NCBI GenBank assembly: GCA_031407835.1
Contig: JANOIQ010000027.1
Span: forward strand, 4,753-68,752
Direction: 5' to 3'
Length of the DNA: 64,000 nt
From: Chitinophagaceae bacterium
Lineage (GTDB): Bacteria > Bacteroidota > Bacteroidia > Chitinophagales > Chitinophagaceae
Part shown: in pieces, positions 28,347 through 38,033 of the stretch
How positions within the stretch are numbered: the first letter of the stretch is position 1
Layout: each line of letters begins with the position of its first letter
The notes under the pieces: model-generated
Databases searched by the model: none
Told to the model about the DNA's origin: nothing
What the model saw: only the letters and a program-made list of their open reading frames with translations
Made by a program: the position numbers and the translations under genes

Positions 28347-30293
28347 ATGTGCAAAACACAACCAATTTTTAAAATGGGATGCAGAATCTATATAAAGGCG
28401 ATCATACTAATATTTGTTTCTCTTCCTGTGTCTGTGCTTCATGCACAAAACAAGGAAACAGCAAAACTAAACTGCAACTTCAACCCATTAGAACATAAAA
28501 TTCAAACCTGGATTGATAGCGGGTATTATAACGGGGCGTCCATCGTTATTGTAAAGGATGATAGTATCGTTTATGAAAATTACTTCGGAAATTATAAACC
28601 TGAAACAGTAGTTTATATCGCATCGGCTGGTAAATGGTTGGCTGCTGCTGCAATTGCAGCATTGGTGGATGAAGGAAAACTTCAGTGGCATGATCAAGTG
28701 AAAAAATACCTGCCACAATTCACGGATGCAAAAGGAGATGCGACACTTGCACAATTACTTTCACACACTGCTGGCTATCCAGATTATCAGCCTAAAGAGC
28801 AGCCAATTGATATTTATCAAAACTTAAAAGAATCAGTTGCACATATTGTTCATCTTCCTTCAGATACTTTACCCGGAACAAAATTCAAATATGGTGGTTT
28901 AGCCATGCAGGTTGCAGGGCGAATGGCAGAGCTGGCAACAGGTAAGGATTGGGAAATAATTTTCCAGGAAAAAATTGCTGTTCCTCTGCAAATGAAATCA
29001 ACTCATTTTACTCCGGTTGACTCCAGCGGAGGACACGCACCTATGTTGGGCGGTGGCGCAAGGACAGTTTTGCAGGATTATGCCAATTTTCTTGCCATGA
29101 TCATAAATAATGGTATGTATCATGGAAAGAGAATTCTTTCTGCCGATGCAATTAAAGCGATGCAGGCTGATCAAGTTGGTCGTGCAATAGTCAATGCCGG
29201 AGAGTTTGTAGAAAATGTAAGAGGCAGCTTACATAAAGCTATTTATGGATTGGGCGAATGGAGGGAAGAGGTAAATGCAAAAGGCGATGCTACTTTGATC
29301 AGCAGCCCATCCTGGGCTGGTGCTTATCCCTGGATCGATAAAAAAAACAATGTGTATGGGTTTTTCTTAACGCATATTTCATCATTTAAAAATGGATTTA
29401 ATTCTTTTCTGTCGAGTCCGGTACTACCGATTTATGTAAGAGATGCCATTCTTGATGTAAAACATCCGGAAGTAAAAAGAGGTTTTGTAAATGTTGACAG
29501 CGGGAAATTATTTTATGAGGAATTGGGAAAAGGAGAACCGCTCATTTTTATTCACGGTCATTCATTTGATCATTATGAATGGGAGCCACAGTTTTATGAA
29601 TTCGCAAAGAAATACAGAGTTATACGGTACGATGTCAGGGGATATGGCAGAAGCACAATGCCAAAGGAATTTGCAAATTGTATGCATGTGGATGATTTGA
29701 CGAAACTAATGGATGCATTAAATATCAAAAAGGCGCATGTTGTTGGTTTAAGCATGGGTGGTTTTATTGGGCTTGATTTTCTGGTACTGCATCAGGATCG
29801 TTTATTGTCTGTAACTCTTGCAAGCGGCGATGTGTGGAATGGTTCTCCGGGGCCTTCCTCACAATGGAAAGCAGAAGATATTATAAAACGGAAAGAAGAA
29901 ATTCTGGCATTATATAAAAAAGGGATTCATAAGATGAAAATTGAATGGTTCAATGGATTGACTATTCGAAATTGCCAGCCAATTGAGCAGTTAAGACAAC
30001 CTCTCTGGAATATGATTTATAAATGGGATGCATGGCAACCTACGCATGTTGAACCAAGGTTTCTATTGGGAACATCTGTTACAGATAAACTGAAACACCT
30101 GAACGTAACCGTTCCAGTATTAATCCTCACCGGTGATGTGGATGCACAGCGTAAAAATGAAGTGCTTCAATTGCTGCCTTCAGCAAAACAAATAGTCATT
30201 CCCAATGCAGGGCACGTCAGTAACATGGAGAACGCTGAAGGATTTAATAAGGCACTTCTTTCTTTTTTAACTAAAGAAAAAACAAAACTGTAA
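28347..30293 (+). CDS. Fusion: beta-lactamase-like serine hydrolase plus alpha/beta hydrolase
   Basis: N-half SAGK (SxxK), LLSHTAG, PGTKFKY; C-half IHG, YDVRGYGRS, GLSMGG, GDVD, AGH. Confidence 0.88.
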   Translation: MCKTQPIFKMGCRIYIKAIILIFVSLPVSVLHAQNKETAKLNCNFNPLEHKIQTWIDSGYYNGASIVIVKDDSIVYENYFGNYKPETVVYIASAGKWLAAAAIAALVDEGKLQWHDQVKKYLPQFTDAKGDATLAQLLSHTAGYPDYQPKEQPIDIYQNLKESVAHIVHLPSDTLPGTKFKYGGLAMQVAGRMAELATGKDWEIIFQEKIAVPLQMKSTHFTPVDSSGGHAPMLGGGARTVLQDYANFLAMIINNGMYHGKRILSADAIKAMQADQVGRAIVNAGEFVENVRGSLHKAIYGLGEWREEVNAKGDATLISSPSWAGAYPWIDKKNNVYGFFLTHISSFKNGFNSFLSSPVLPIYVRDAILDVKHPEVKRGFVNVDSGKLFYEELGKGEPLIFIHGHSFDHYEWEPQFYEFAKKYRVIRYDVRGYGRSTMPKEFANCMHVDDLTKLMDALNIKKAHVVGLSMGGFIGLDFLVLHQDRLLSVTLASGDVWNGSPGPSSQWKAEDIIKRKEEILALYKKGIHKMKIEWFNGLTIRNCQPIEQLRQPLWNMIYKWDAWQPTHVEPRFLLGTSVTDKLKHLNVTVPVLILTGDVDAQRKNEVLQLLPSAKQIVIPNAGHVSNMENAEGFNKALLSFLTKEKTKL

Positions 30294-30295
30294 AT

Positions 30296-31312
30296 ATGAG
30301 TAGTCTGAGGGTATCAATAATTAAAAATCTACTGTTGATGGTTCTGTTACTATGTGGAACAAAAATGGTTCAGTGCCAGCAGAACATTATCCGACCAACA
30401 GAATTGTGGCTGGATAATAATGGCAACCATATCCAGGCACATGGGGGAGGTATTATTAAATTGGGTAAATATTATTACTGGTATGGTGAGCAACGCAGGC
30501 AGGGACTTGACACGAATTATAGGTTTGTTAGCTGTTATAAATCGAGTGATTTAGTAAACTGGGAATTTAAAGGTGATGCACTTCAATTGTCTGATCCTGA
30601 AAACCTCGGAAACCGTTGGGTTTTAGAACGGCCTAAAGTTTTTTATAATCGCAAGACGAAAACATATGTCATGTACTTTCATTTAGATGATGCAAAGTAC
30701 AAGTTTGCAAGAGTAGGAGTGGCAACAAGTAAAAATCCTGAAGGCCCTTTTAAATATGTGAAAAGTTTTCGCCCTTTAGATAAAGAGAGCAGGGATATAG
30801 GTCAGTTTATTGATGATGATGGTACGCCTTACCTGGTTTTTGAAAGCAGGCCAACCAAAGGCTTTTTTATTGCTGGTTTGAGTGACGACTATTTAGATGT
30901 TGTAAAAGAAGTGTGTCTGATAAATGCTCCATTGGAAGGGGGAGCGATTGTATATTACCAGGGATTATACTATGCAATAGGGTCAGCTCTTACAGGCTGG
31001 CGGCCTAACCCTAATAAATATGCTACCGCAACTACTTTGGCTGGTCCCTGGACTGAGTTCAAAGATATTGCACCACCACAAACAAATACATACGGTTCCC
31101 AATCAACCATGATGATAAAAGTAGTTGGCAAAAAAGTAACAACCATTCTTTTTATGGGAGATATATGGAAACCTAAAACACAATGGGATTCACGATACCT
31201 GTGGATGCCTTTGGAGATTGGAGATGGTAAATTATGGTTGCCTGAACCCAAGCCATTTGCATTGTATATCAAAACAGGGGAAGCGGTAATTATGAATGAT
31301 AAGAAGGAATAG
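30296..31312 (+). CDS. GH43 subfamily 24-like (exo-beta-1,3-galactanase-like)
   Basis: IQAHGGG, ERPKV, SRD, LEG, YGSQST motifs. Confidence 0.85.
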   Translation: MSSLRVSIIKNLLLMVLLLCGTKMVQCQQNIIRPTELWLDNNGNHIQAHGGGIIKLGKYYYWYGEQRRQGLDTNYRFVSCYKSSDLVNWEFKGDALQLSDPENLGNRWVLERPKVFYNRKTKTYVMYFHLDDAKYKFARVGVATSKNPEGPFKYVKSFRPLDKESRDIGQFIDDDGTPYLVFESRPTKGFFIAGLSDDYLDVVKEVCLINAPLEGGAIVYYQGLYYAIGSALTGWRPNPNKYATATTLAGPWTEFKDIAPPQTNTYGSQSTMMIKVVGKKVTTILFMGDIWKPKTQWDSRYLWMPLEIGDGKLWLPEPKPFALYIKTGEAVIMNDKKE

Positions 31313-31362
31313 AAACTTGTTGTCATTTGAAATATAATATAGAAACTGAAAATTAAGTCGTC

Positions 31363-33294
31363 ATGAAAAAATTTTGCAGAGTAATTGTTGCACTATTGAT
31401 ACAATTACCATTATTGTGTTATGCCCAATCACATTATCCAGGGCAGCATGCGGGAAAGTTTGCCATTGAAGATAAGTTGATAGCGAAATTATACAGTTTC
31501 GATTTGCAGGATGTAAAATTGCTTAACAGCCGGTTTAAAAAAAATATGGAACGTGAGCAGCAATGGCTGATGTTGATTGGCGTAAACAGGTTGTTGCATA
31601 GTTTCAGAACAAATGCAGGTGTGTTCAGTGCCACCGAAGGAGGTTATGATGCAGGGCTTAAACTTGCGGGCTGGGAATCATTGGACTGTGAATTAAGAGG
31701 CCATACTACGGGACACATTTTATCAGGTTTGGCATTGATGTATGCTTCCACCGGGGAGTCAAAATATAAATTACGGGGGGATAGTATTGTAGCTGGCCTG
31801 GCAGTAGTGCAGGATGCATTGAATCAGGATGGATATCTAGGTGCTTATTCACAGGGGCTGATCGATAGAAATATTGCAGGTAAACCCGTCTGGGCACCAT
31901 GGTATACGCTGCATAAAATATTTTCAGGATTGATTGATCAGTATCTCTACTGCAATAATCAACAGGCTCTGAATGTAGCCACTAAAATGGCCGATTGGGC
32001 ATATAGGAAATTACAACCTGTAAATGCAGCACAGAGAACAAAAATGCTTCGTAATGAATTTGGCGGTGTTAATGAATCTTTTTACAACCTGTATGCGATC
32101 ACTGGGAAAAAGGAATATAAATGGCTCGGAGATTTTTTTTACCACAATGAAACATTGGATCCTTTAAAGGAAGGGAAAGATATCCTCGATACAAAGCATG
32201 CCAATACTTATATACCCAAACTGCTGGGCCTAACCCGTGAATATGAACTGGAAGGAACAGGTGATGCCGATTCTGTCGCAGCATTTTTCTGGAATACTGT
32301 GATCAATCATCATTCCTTTGCGACCGGAAGTAACAGCGACAAAGAGCATTTCTTTAAACCGGATAACCAGTCGGCACACCTTACCGGGTTTACAGGGGAA
32401 AGCTGCAATACTTACAACATGCTTAAGCTTACACGTCATCTTTTTTCTCATAGCGGTGATATCAAGTATGCAGAATATTATGAAAAAGCTTTGTACAATC
32501 ATATACTCGGGCAACAAGACCCTGCAACGGGTATGATTGCTTATTTTCTTCCTATGTTACCGGGAGCACACAAAGTGTACAGCACACCTGACAGTTCTTT
32601 TTGGTGTTGTGTAGGAAGTGGTTTTGAAAATCAGGCCAAGTATGGCGAAGCAATTTATTATCATTCAAAAAATGATCTTTATATAAATCTATTTATTCCT
32701 TCTGAACTGGATTGGAAGGAAAAAGGAATCAGGTTGATTCAGCAAACCAATTTTCCTGAGTCTGGAAAGTTGCAATTTAAAATTGAATCAACTGCTGCCA
32801 ATACTTTTGGAGTCAATGTACGTTTTCCTTCCTGGGCAACAGCTGGAGCAACCGTGAAAGTGAATGGTAAAAAGATATCGGTAAAGAATTTACCTGGCAG
32901 CTATATCGCAATCAACCGTAAATGGAGTAATGAAGATTTTATTGAAGTTGATTTTCCTATGACGCTTCGCATTATATCAACTAATGATAATCCAAATAAA
33001 GCTGCAATCGCATATGGCCCTATTGTATTGGCAGGCGAAATGGGTACAGAGGGATTCAAAGGCAGAGAACCATATTCAAATCCTTTGCTTCACAATGATT
33101 ATTATACCTACAACTACAGTGTACCTGCTGGAATAGTTACTTCACTTCAGTTGGATAAAAGTAAATTAAATGACGCCATCAAATCTGTTGCAGGTCAATT
33201 ACTGACTTTTAAAACTGTGAAGGAAGGAATTGTATTAAGACCCTTGTATGATATACACAGGGAGCGGTATGTGGTCTATTGGGAGATCAAGTAA
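31363..33294 (+). CDS. GH127/GH146 beta-L-arabinofuranosidase-like
   Basis: LRGHTTGH, NEFGG, HANT, ESCNTYNMLK, FWCCVGSGFEN. Confidence 0.92.
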   Translation: MKKFCRVIVALLIQLPLLCYAQSHYPGQHAGKFAIEDKLIAKLYSFDLQDVKLLNSRFKKNMEREQQWLMLIGVNRLLHSFRTNAGVFSATEGGYDAGLKLAGWESLDCELRGHTTGHILSGLALMYASTGESKYKLRGDSIVAGLAVVQDALNQDGYLGAYSQGLIDRNIAGKPVWAPWYTLHKIFSGLIDQYLYCNNQQALNVATKMADWAYRKLQPVNAAQRTKMLRNEFGGVNESFYNLYAITGKKEYKWLGDFFYHNETLDPLKEGKDILDTKHANTYIPKLLGLTREYELEGTGDADSVAAFFWNTVINHHSFATGSNSDKEHFFKPDNQSAHLTGFTGESCNTYNMLKLTRHLFSHSGDIKYAEYYEKALYNHILGQQDPATGMIAYFLPMLPGAHKVYSTPDSSFWCCVGSGFENQAKYGEAIYYHSKNDLYINLFIPSELDWKEKGIRLIQQTNFPESGKLQFKIESTAANTFGVNVRFPSWATAGATVKVNGKKISVKNLPGSYIAINRKWSNEDFIEVDFPMTLRIISTNDNPNKAAIAYGPIVLAGEMGTEGFKGREPYSNPLLHNDYYTYNYSVPAGIVTSLQLDKSKLNDAIKSVAGQLLTFKTVKEGIVLRPLYDIHRERYVVYWEIK

Positions 33295-33345
33295 AAAATA
33301 GAAAAGTTAAAGAGTAATAGAAGCGTCTGATTTAATCTGAATAAA

Positions 33346-34689
33346 ATGAAATATAGATATACCTTTTTGCTATTGCTCATTGTTGCCAGCGGTTTTGGAC
33401 AAAAAAAGCCGATAACCATTTCAAGTTTGCAGGAACTGGCGATGTATGCTTCTCAAAGTGACCATCAAGTAACGTTGAAGCCGGGACTTTACAAACTTGC
33501 AGACTTCTTAAATGCTGATAGCATAAAAGCAAAACTTGAAAGAAAGTCTTTTCAATACATCCTATTCAGCGGAAGTAATAACGTTTTCATTTTAACCGGA
33601 GTAAGAATTGAACTTGATACAAAACTTCGCCAGTTATTGAAACATCCCATTCATACAAGCGAAATTGTAATCAGCGGAAATAACAATGAACTGCAAGGTT
33701 TTGAAGTGTATTGTGTCGGCAATGGTACTTCGCCAGGCGGATCCGTATTGTCAGTAACCGGCAATGGTAATACATTCCGGAATATTACTTTACGTGTACA
33801 AGGAAGTTTTCCATATGGATATGGTGACTTATTCGGTAAAGGAGGGCCTGATATAATCAAACATCAAAAGCACAGCGGGTTTCATATTGCCGGAAGTAAT
33901 ACGAATGTATATGGTTGCAAGTTGTACATGAAATCATTTGGTCATGGCTACTATATCCAAACCAAAGTTGAGAACATTCATTTGGAAGATTGCTACGTGG
34001 AAGGCGAAACAAGAACAACAGATGAAATGCTGAAAGAAACATCGGGCCCCGCATTTGATGTGCAGTTTCGTTCATGGATGGCAAACCGTAAAGGAGAATA
34101 CATTGTTACACCCGGCTACAGTAAATCACTTTGTGAAGATGGATTTCGTACTTACGGTGAAATAAAGAATGTAAGTTTTAAAAACTGTACGGCTAAAAAT
34201 ACAAGAGGTGGATTTGAATTGCGGACAAACAGCGGAATAAGACTTGAAAACTGTACGGTAAGCGGAACTGAAAGAGGTTTTTGGGTAGGTAATAATGCAA
34301 TCTTAAAAAATTGCAAAGGCGATGCAAGCAATGGACCTCTGTTGTTTGCTGAAGGAAGCAATCTGGATGTTGAAATATTCCTGATGCCTGCAGGTTCTAA
34401 GGGACTTGTTCATTCCCTTGCAACCATACAGGGAGTGAATAACAAAATCACTATCAAAGGGTATAAAAATATAAAACGAAGTCAGTCAATTCCCATTCTA
34501 ATAGGATTTAAACCTCCTGCTAACGGTGAAGGTATGTCGCCTTATGGTGAAGGAATTGCAACGGGATTGGTTTTGAATAACGAAACTTCTTTGCCGGTAA
34601 TTGTTGGCGAAAAGGCAACTGATTGTATAATCAACAGCAAAGGAAAGATTGAAGAAAGTAAAGGAACGAATATCATTATTGCCAATTAA
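33346..34689 (+). CDS. Secreted right-handed parallel beta-helix protein
   Basis: Signal peptide; repeated ISGNNN/VTGNGN and FxNC/LENC rungs; PYGYGDLFGKG motif. Confidence 0.7.
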   Translation: MKYRYTFLLLLIVASGFGQKKPITISSLQELAMYASQSDHQVTLKPGLYKLADFLNADSIKAKLERKSFQYILFSGSNNVFILTGVRIELDTKLRQLLKHPIHTSEIVISGNNNELQGFEVYCVGNGTSPGGSVLSVTGNGNTFRNITLRVQGSFPYGYGDLFGKGGPDIIKHQKHSGFHIAGSNTNVYGCKLYMKSFGHGYYIQTKVENIHLEDCYVEGETRTTDEMLKETSGPAFDVQFRSWMANRKGEYIVTPGYSKSLCEDGFRTYGEIKNVSFKNCTAKNTRGGFELRTNSGIRLENCTVSGTERGFWVGNNAILKNCKGDASNGPLLFAEGSNLDVEIFLMPAGSKGLVHSLATIQGVNNKITIKGYKNIKRSQSIPILIGFKPPANGEGMSPYGEGIATGLVLNNETSLPVIVGEKATDCIINSKGKIEESKGTNIIIAN

Positions 34690-34725
34690 AAATGGGCAGT
34701 AGGAATTTTTTAAAGAATTCAGATA

Positions 34726-36387
34726 ATGAAAAGAAGAAAATTTATTAAAGCCGCATTTCTAGCGACCTCAGGGGCTATGGTAGCACCAGAATTAATGAAA
34801 GCCAGTTCATTATTTGATAATTACGACTTAAGTATTGTTGTTAACGCAAATGGTAAATCTGAACACTGTGCACATTTTTGGAGTAAGTGTGTTGGTGCCG
34901 GGCGTGCAAATGAAGGCCTACGTGCAGGTTGGCTTGAACAATTGAAATTGGCAAAACAGTATTGCGGATTTGAATATTGCCGCTTTCATGGTTTGTTTCA
35001 TGACGATATGTTTGTGTATAAAGAAGAAAAAGGGAAATCCTTTTATAACTGGCAATATATTGATGAGTTGTTTGATAGGATGTTAGAGATAGGTGTTAAG
35101 CCTTTTGTTGAATTAGGTTTTATGCCCGCTGCAATGTCTTCAGATGATTCATTGTTGCAGTTCTGGTGGAAGGGACATGTATCACCTCCAAAAGATTATG
35201 CAAAGTGGGGAGCGTTGGTTAGTGAGTTCACCAGGCATTGCATCAGTCGCTATGGAATTGATGAAGTTAGAAGCTGGTATTTTGAGGTTTGGAATGAGCC
35301 TAATTTAAGAGGATTCTGGTTAGGTACAAAGTCACAGTATTTTGAATTGTATAAAACTTCAGTTAATGCCATCAAAGCAATTGATCCAAAACTAAAAGTA
35401 GGCGGGCCGTCAACCAGCAATTTTGTTCCTGATGATCGTTTTGCTGGTGAAACCGAAGACAGATCAAAACATAAAACACACAGTGTGCCTGATTTAAATG
35501 TGCTGAACTGGGAAGGAGTATGGATCAAAGATTTTTTAATGTACTGTGAAAAGGAAAAACTGCCCGTTGACTTTGTGAGCTGTCATCCTTATCCAACTGA
35601 TTGGGCACTTGATCCAATGACAGGTAAGGGGGGAGATGGCGTAAGAAAAGTTGGAGCCACGAAAGACGATTTGCAATGGCTGAACAAAACACTTAAAGCA
35701 AGTGCATTTCCAAATGCAGAAATTCATTTAACCGAATGGAGCAGTAGTCCCTCTTCAAGAGATCAAACCCATGATTCATTACCAGCTGCGGCTTATATCA
35801 TTCGTGCAAACCTGGATTGTATTGGTTTAACTAACTCCTTATCGTACTGGGCTTTTACTGATGTATTTGAAGAGAAGGGTGCTGGAGATACCATTTGGCA
35901 TGGTGGTTTTGGACTGATTAATTACCAGGGTATTGTAAAGCCAACTTTTCATGGATACCGTCTGCTGCATGCATTGGGGGATGAAATATTACATAGAGAA
36001 GATGGTGTAATTATAACAAGGCATTCGAAAACAAAAAGAATCACAACCCTTTTGTTTCACTATCCTGATGAGATAAAGCATGTTGTTAAAGGAGGTATAG
36101 AAAGTTTATTGGACAAAGGAGCCCCTAAAGTATTTGCAATTGATCTGAATGGAGTTAAACCACAGGCTGCAATCACAATTGAAACATTAGGCAGGGATAA
36201 CGGCTATGCATATAAAACATGGAAAGATATGGGTAAGCCTGAACCACCAACGAGAGAGCAAATAAAGCAATTGAAACTTGCTGCTTTTGCAACCAGGAAA
36301 GAAAAAGCTAAAGCTGATGCAAAAGGCGGCTTTAAATTTAAGCGAACATTACAACCCTGGGATTGTGTATTAATTGAAACCATTTAA
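34726..36387 (+). CDS. GH39 glycoside hydrolase, Tat-exported
   Basis: MKRRKF Tat signal; RFHGLFHDD, FEVWNEPN (acid/base), HLTEWS (nucleophile), DVFEE. Confidence 0.93.
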   Translation: MKRRKFIKAAFLATSGAMVAPELMKASSLFDNYDLSIVVNANGKSEHCAHFWSKCVGAGRANEGLRAGWLEQLKLAKQYCGFEYCRFHGLFHDDMFVYKEEKGKSFYNWQYIDELFDRMLEIGVKPFVELGFMPAAMSSDDSLLQFWWKGHVSPPKDYAKWGALVSEFTRHCISRYGIDEVRSWYFEVWNEPNLRGFWLGTKSQYFELYKTSVNAIKAIDPKLKVGGPSTSNFVPDDRFAGETEDRSKHKTHSVPDLNVLNWEGVWIKDFLMYCEKEKLPVDFVSCHPYPTDWALDPMTGKGGDGVRKVGATKDDLQWLNKTLKASAFPNAEIHLTEWSSSPSSRDQTHDSLPAAAYIIRANLDCIGLTNSLSYWAFTDVFEEKGAGDTIWHGGFGLINYQGIVKPTFHGYRLLHALGDEILHREDGVIITRHSKTKRITTLLFHYPDEIKHVVKGGIESLLDKGAPKVFAIDLNGVKPQAAITIETLGRDNGYAYKTWKDMGKPEPPTREQIKQLKLAAFATRKEKAKADAKGGFKFKRTLQPWDCVLIETI

Positions 36388-36398
36388 ACCTGAACCCG

Positions 36399-38033
36399 AT
36401 GAATTGGAGGATAAATATATTTTTTGTGCCAATTGTTTTATTTTTTTGTAATCCACTTGCAGCACAAAAAAACATTGTATCAAATGTTTGGATAGCAGAC
36501 AAAGGAGACGGAACTTATAGAAATCCAATCCTGTTTGCTGATTATTCCGATCCAGATGTTATTCGTGTAGGAAATGACTATTACATGGTTGCTTCGAGTT
36601 TTAATTGTGTACCTGCACTTCCTATTTTGCATTCCAAAGATTTGGTGAATTGGAAACTCATCAACCATGCATTGAAGAAACTTATTCCTGAAGAAGTTTA
36701 CAGTCTTCCACAACATGGAAAAGGAGTATGGGCTCCATCTTTCAATTACCATAAGGGAGAATTCTATATTTATTATCCCGATCCAGATTATGGTATTTAC
36801 ATGATTAAAACAAAAGATCCTTCAAAGGATTGGAGTAACCCGGTTTTAGTATTACGAGGTAAAGGATATATAGATCCATCTTCTTTTTGGGATGATGGTC
36901 AAGCATATTTAGCAATTGCCTGGGCTGGCTCCCGTGCTGGTACAAATAGTTTGCTCACTGTTTTTAAAATGAATGCAGAAGGAACAAAAGTAATTGATGC
37001 TGGTAAGCATGTGTACGATGGGCACGATCAGGATCATACAGTAGAAGGCCCCAAATTTTTCAAACGAAATGGTTATTACTACCTGCTGCCACCTGCAGGT
37101 GGCGTTACTTATGGTTGGCAACTGGCATTACGTTCAAAAAATATTTACGGTCCTTATGAACGTAAAATTGTGATGTCACAAGGTTCAACCAATATCAATG
37201 GCCCGCATCAGGGTTCCATGATTCAAACTCAAACAGGAGAGTACTGGTTTCTTCATTTCCAGGATAAAGGAGTTTATGGAAGAATATTTCATCTTCAACC
37301 TGTACAATGGAAAAATGATTGGCCGGTGATTGGTATCGATAAAGATGGAGATGGGAAAGGTGAGCCGGTTACAGAATATAAAAAGCCAAATGTTGGTAAA
37401 GTATTTCCTGTTAATACTCCTGTTGAAAGTGACGAGTTTAGTACTGATACATTAGGATTACAATGGCAATGGCATGCCAATTCAAAACTGCAATGGAGTG
37501 CATTAATGAGAGGTACAGGGTTCTTGAGACTATTTGCATATCCATCAGATACCGGAAAAAATTTATGGAATGTTCCCAACCTGTTGCTTCAAAAATTTCC
37601 GGCACCTGATTTTACTGCAACTGCTAAACTGAAATGGACAATTGAATGGGATGCCTGGCAAAAGAAAAAAGCAGGGTTGATTGTTATGGGTAATGATTAT
37701 GCATACATAGGTATCAGTAAAAACGAGAAAGGTTTTTCAATTTCACAAGTTGTATGTAAAGAAGCTGTTCAAAGAACAGATGAAGTTATCAATGATCAGC
37801 AGCCATTGAAAGATTCAGTTGTTTATGTACGAGTTGCGGTTTCTTCTCCAGATGCTCAATGTCGTTTCAGTTACAGTGAAGATGGAGTGAATTACAAAAC
37901 AATCGGTCAGCCATTTTTTGCCAAACCTGATTTATGGATAGGAGCAAAGGTTGGTTTGTTCAGCACAGCTGTACCTGGAATAAGGTATGGAGGTTATGCT
38001 GACATTGATTGGTTCAGAATAACGAAACAATGA
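36399..38033 (+). CDS. GH43 (beta-xylosidase/arabinofuranosidase type) with C-terminal beta-sandwich
   Basis: NPILFADYSDPD, WAP, IDP, EGP, HQG motifs. Confidence 0.92.
   Translation: MNWRINIFFVPIVLFFCNPLAAQKNIVSNVWIADKGDGTYRNPILFADYSDPDVIRVGNDYYMVASSFNCVPALPILHSKDLVNWKLINHALKKLIPEEVYSLPQHGKGVWAPSFNYHKGEFYIYYPDPDYGIYMIKTKDPSKDWSNPVLVLRGKGYIDPSSFWDDGQAYLAIAWAGSRAGTNSLLTVFKMNAEGTKVIDAGKHVYDGHDQDHTVEGPKFFKRNGYYYLLPPAGGVTYGWQLALRSKNIYGPYERKIVMSQGSTNINGPHQGSMIQTQTGEYWFLHFQDKGVYGRIFHLQPVQWKNDWPVIGIDKDGDGKGEPVTEYKKPNVGKVFPVNTPVESDEFSTDTLGLQWQWHANSKLQWSALMRGTGFLRLFAYPSDTGKNLWNVPNLLLQKFPAPDFTATAKLKWTIEWDAWQKKKAGLIVMGNDYAYIGISKNEKGFSISQVVCKEAVQRTDEVINDQQPLKDSVVYVRVAVSSPDAQCRFSYSEDGVNYKTIGQPFFAKPDLWIGAKVGLFSTAVPGIRYGGYADIDWFRITKQ

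Noticed and set aside
28347-29450. Antibiotic-resistance beta-lactamase
   Set aside because: The SxxK fold is shared with esterases; PUL context and hydrolase fusion favour an esterase
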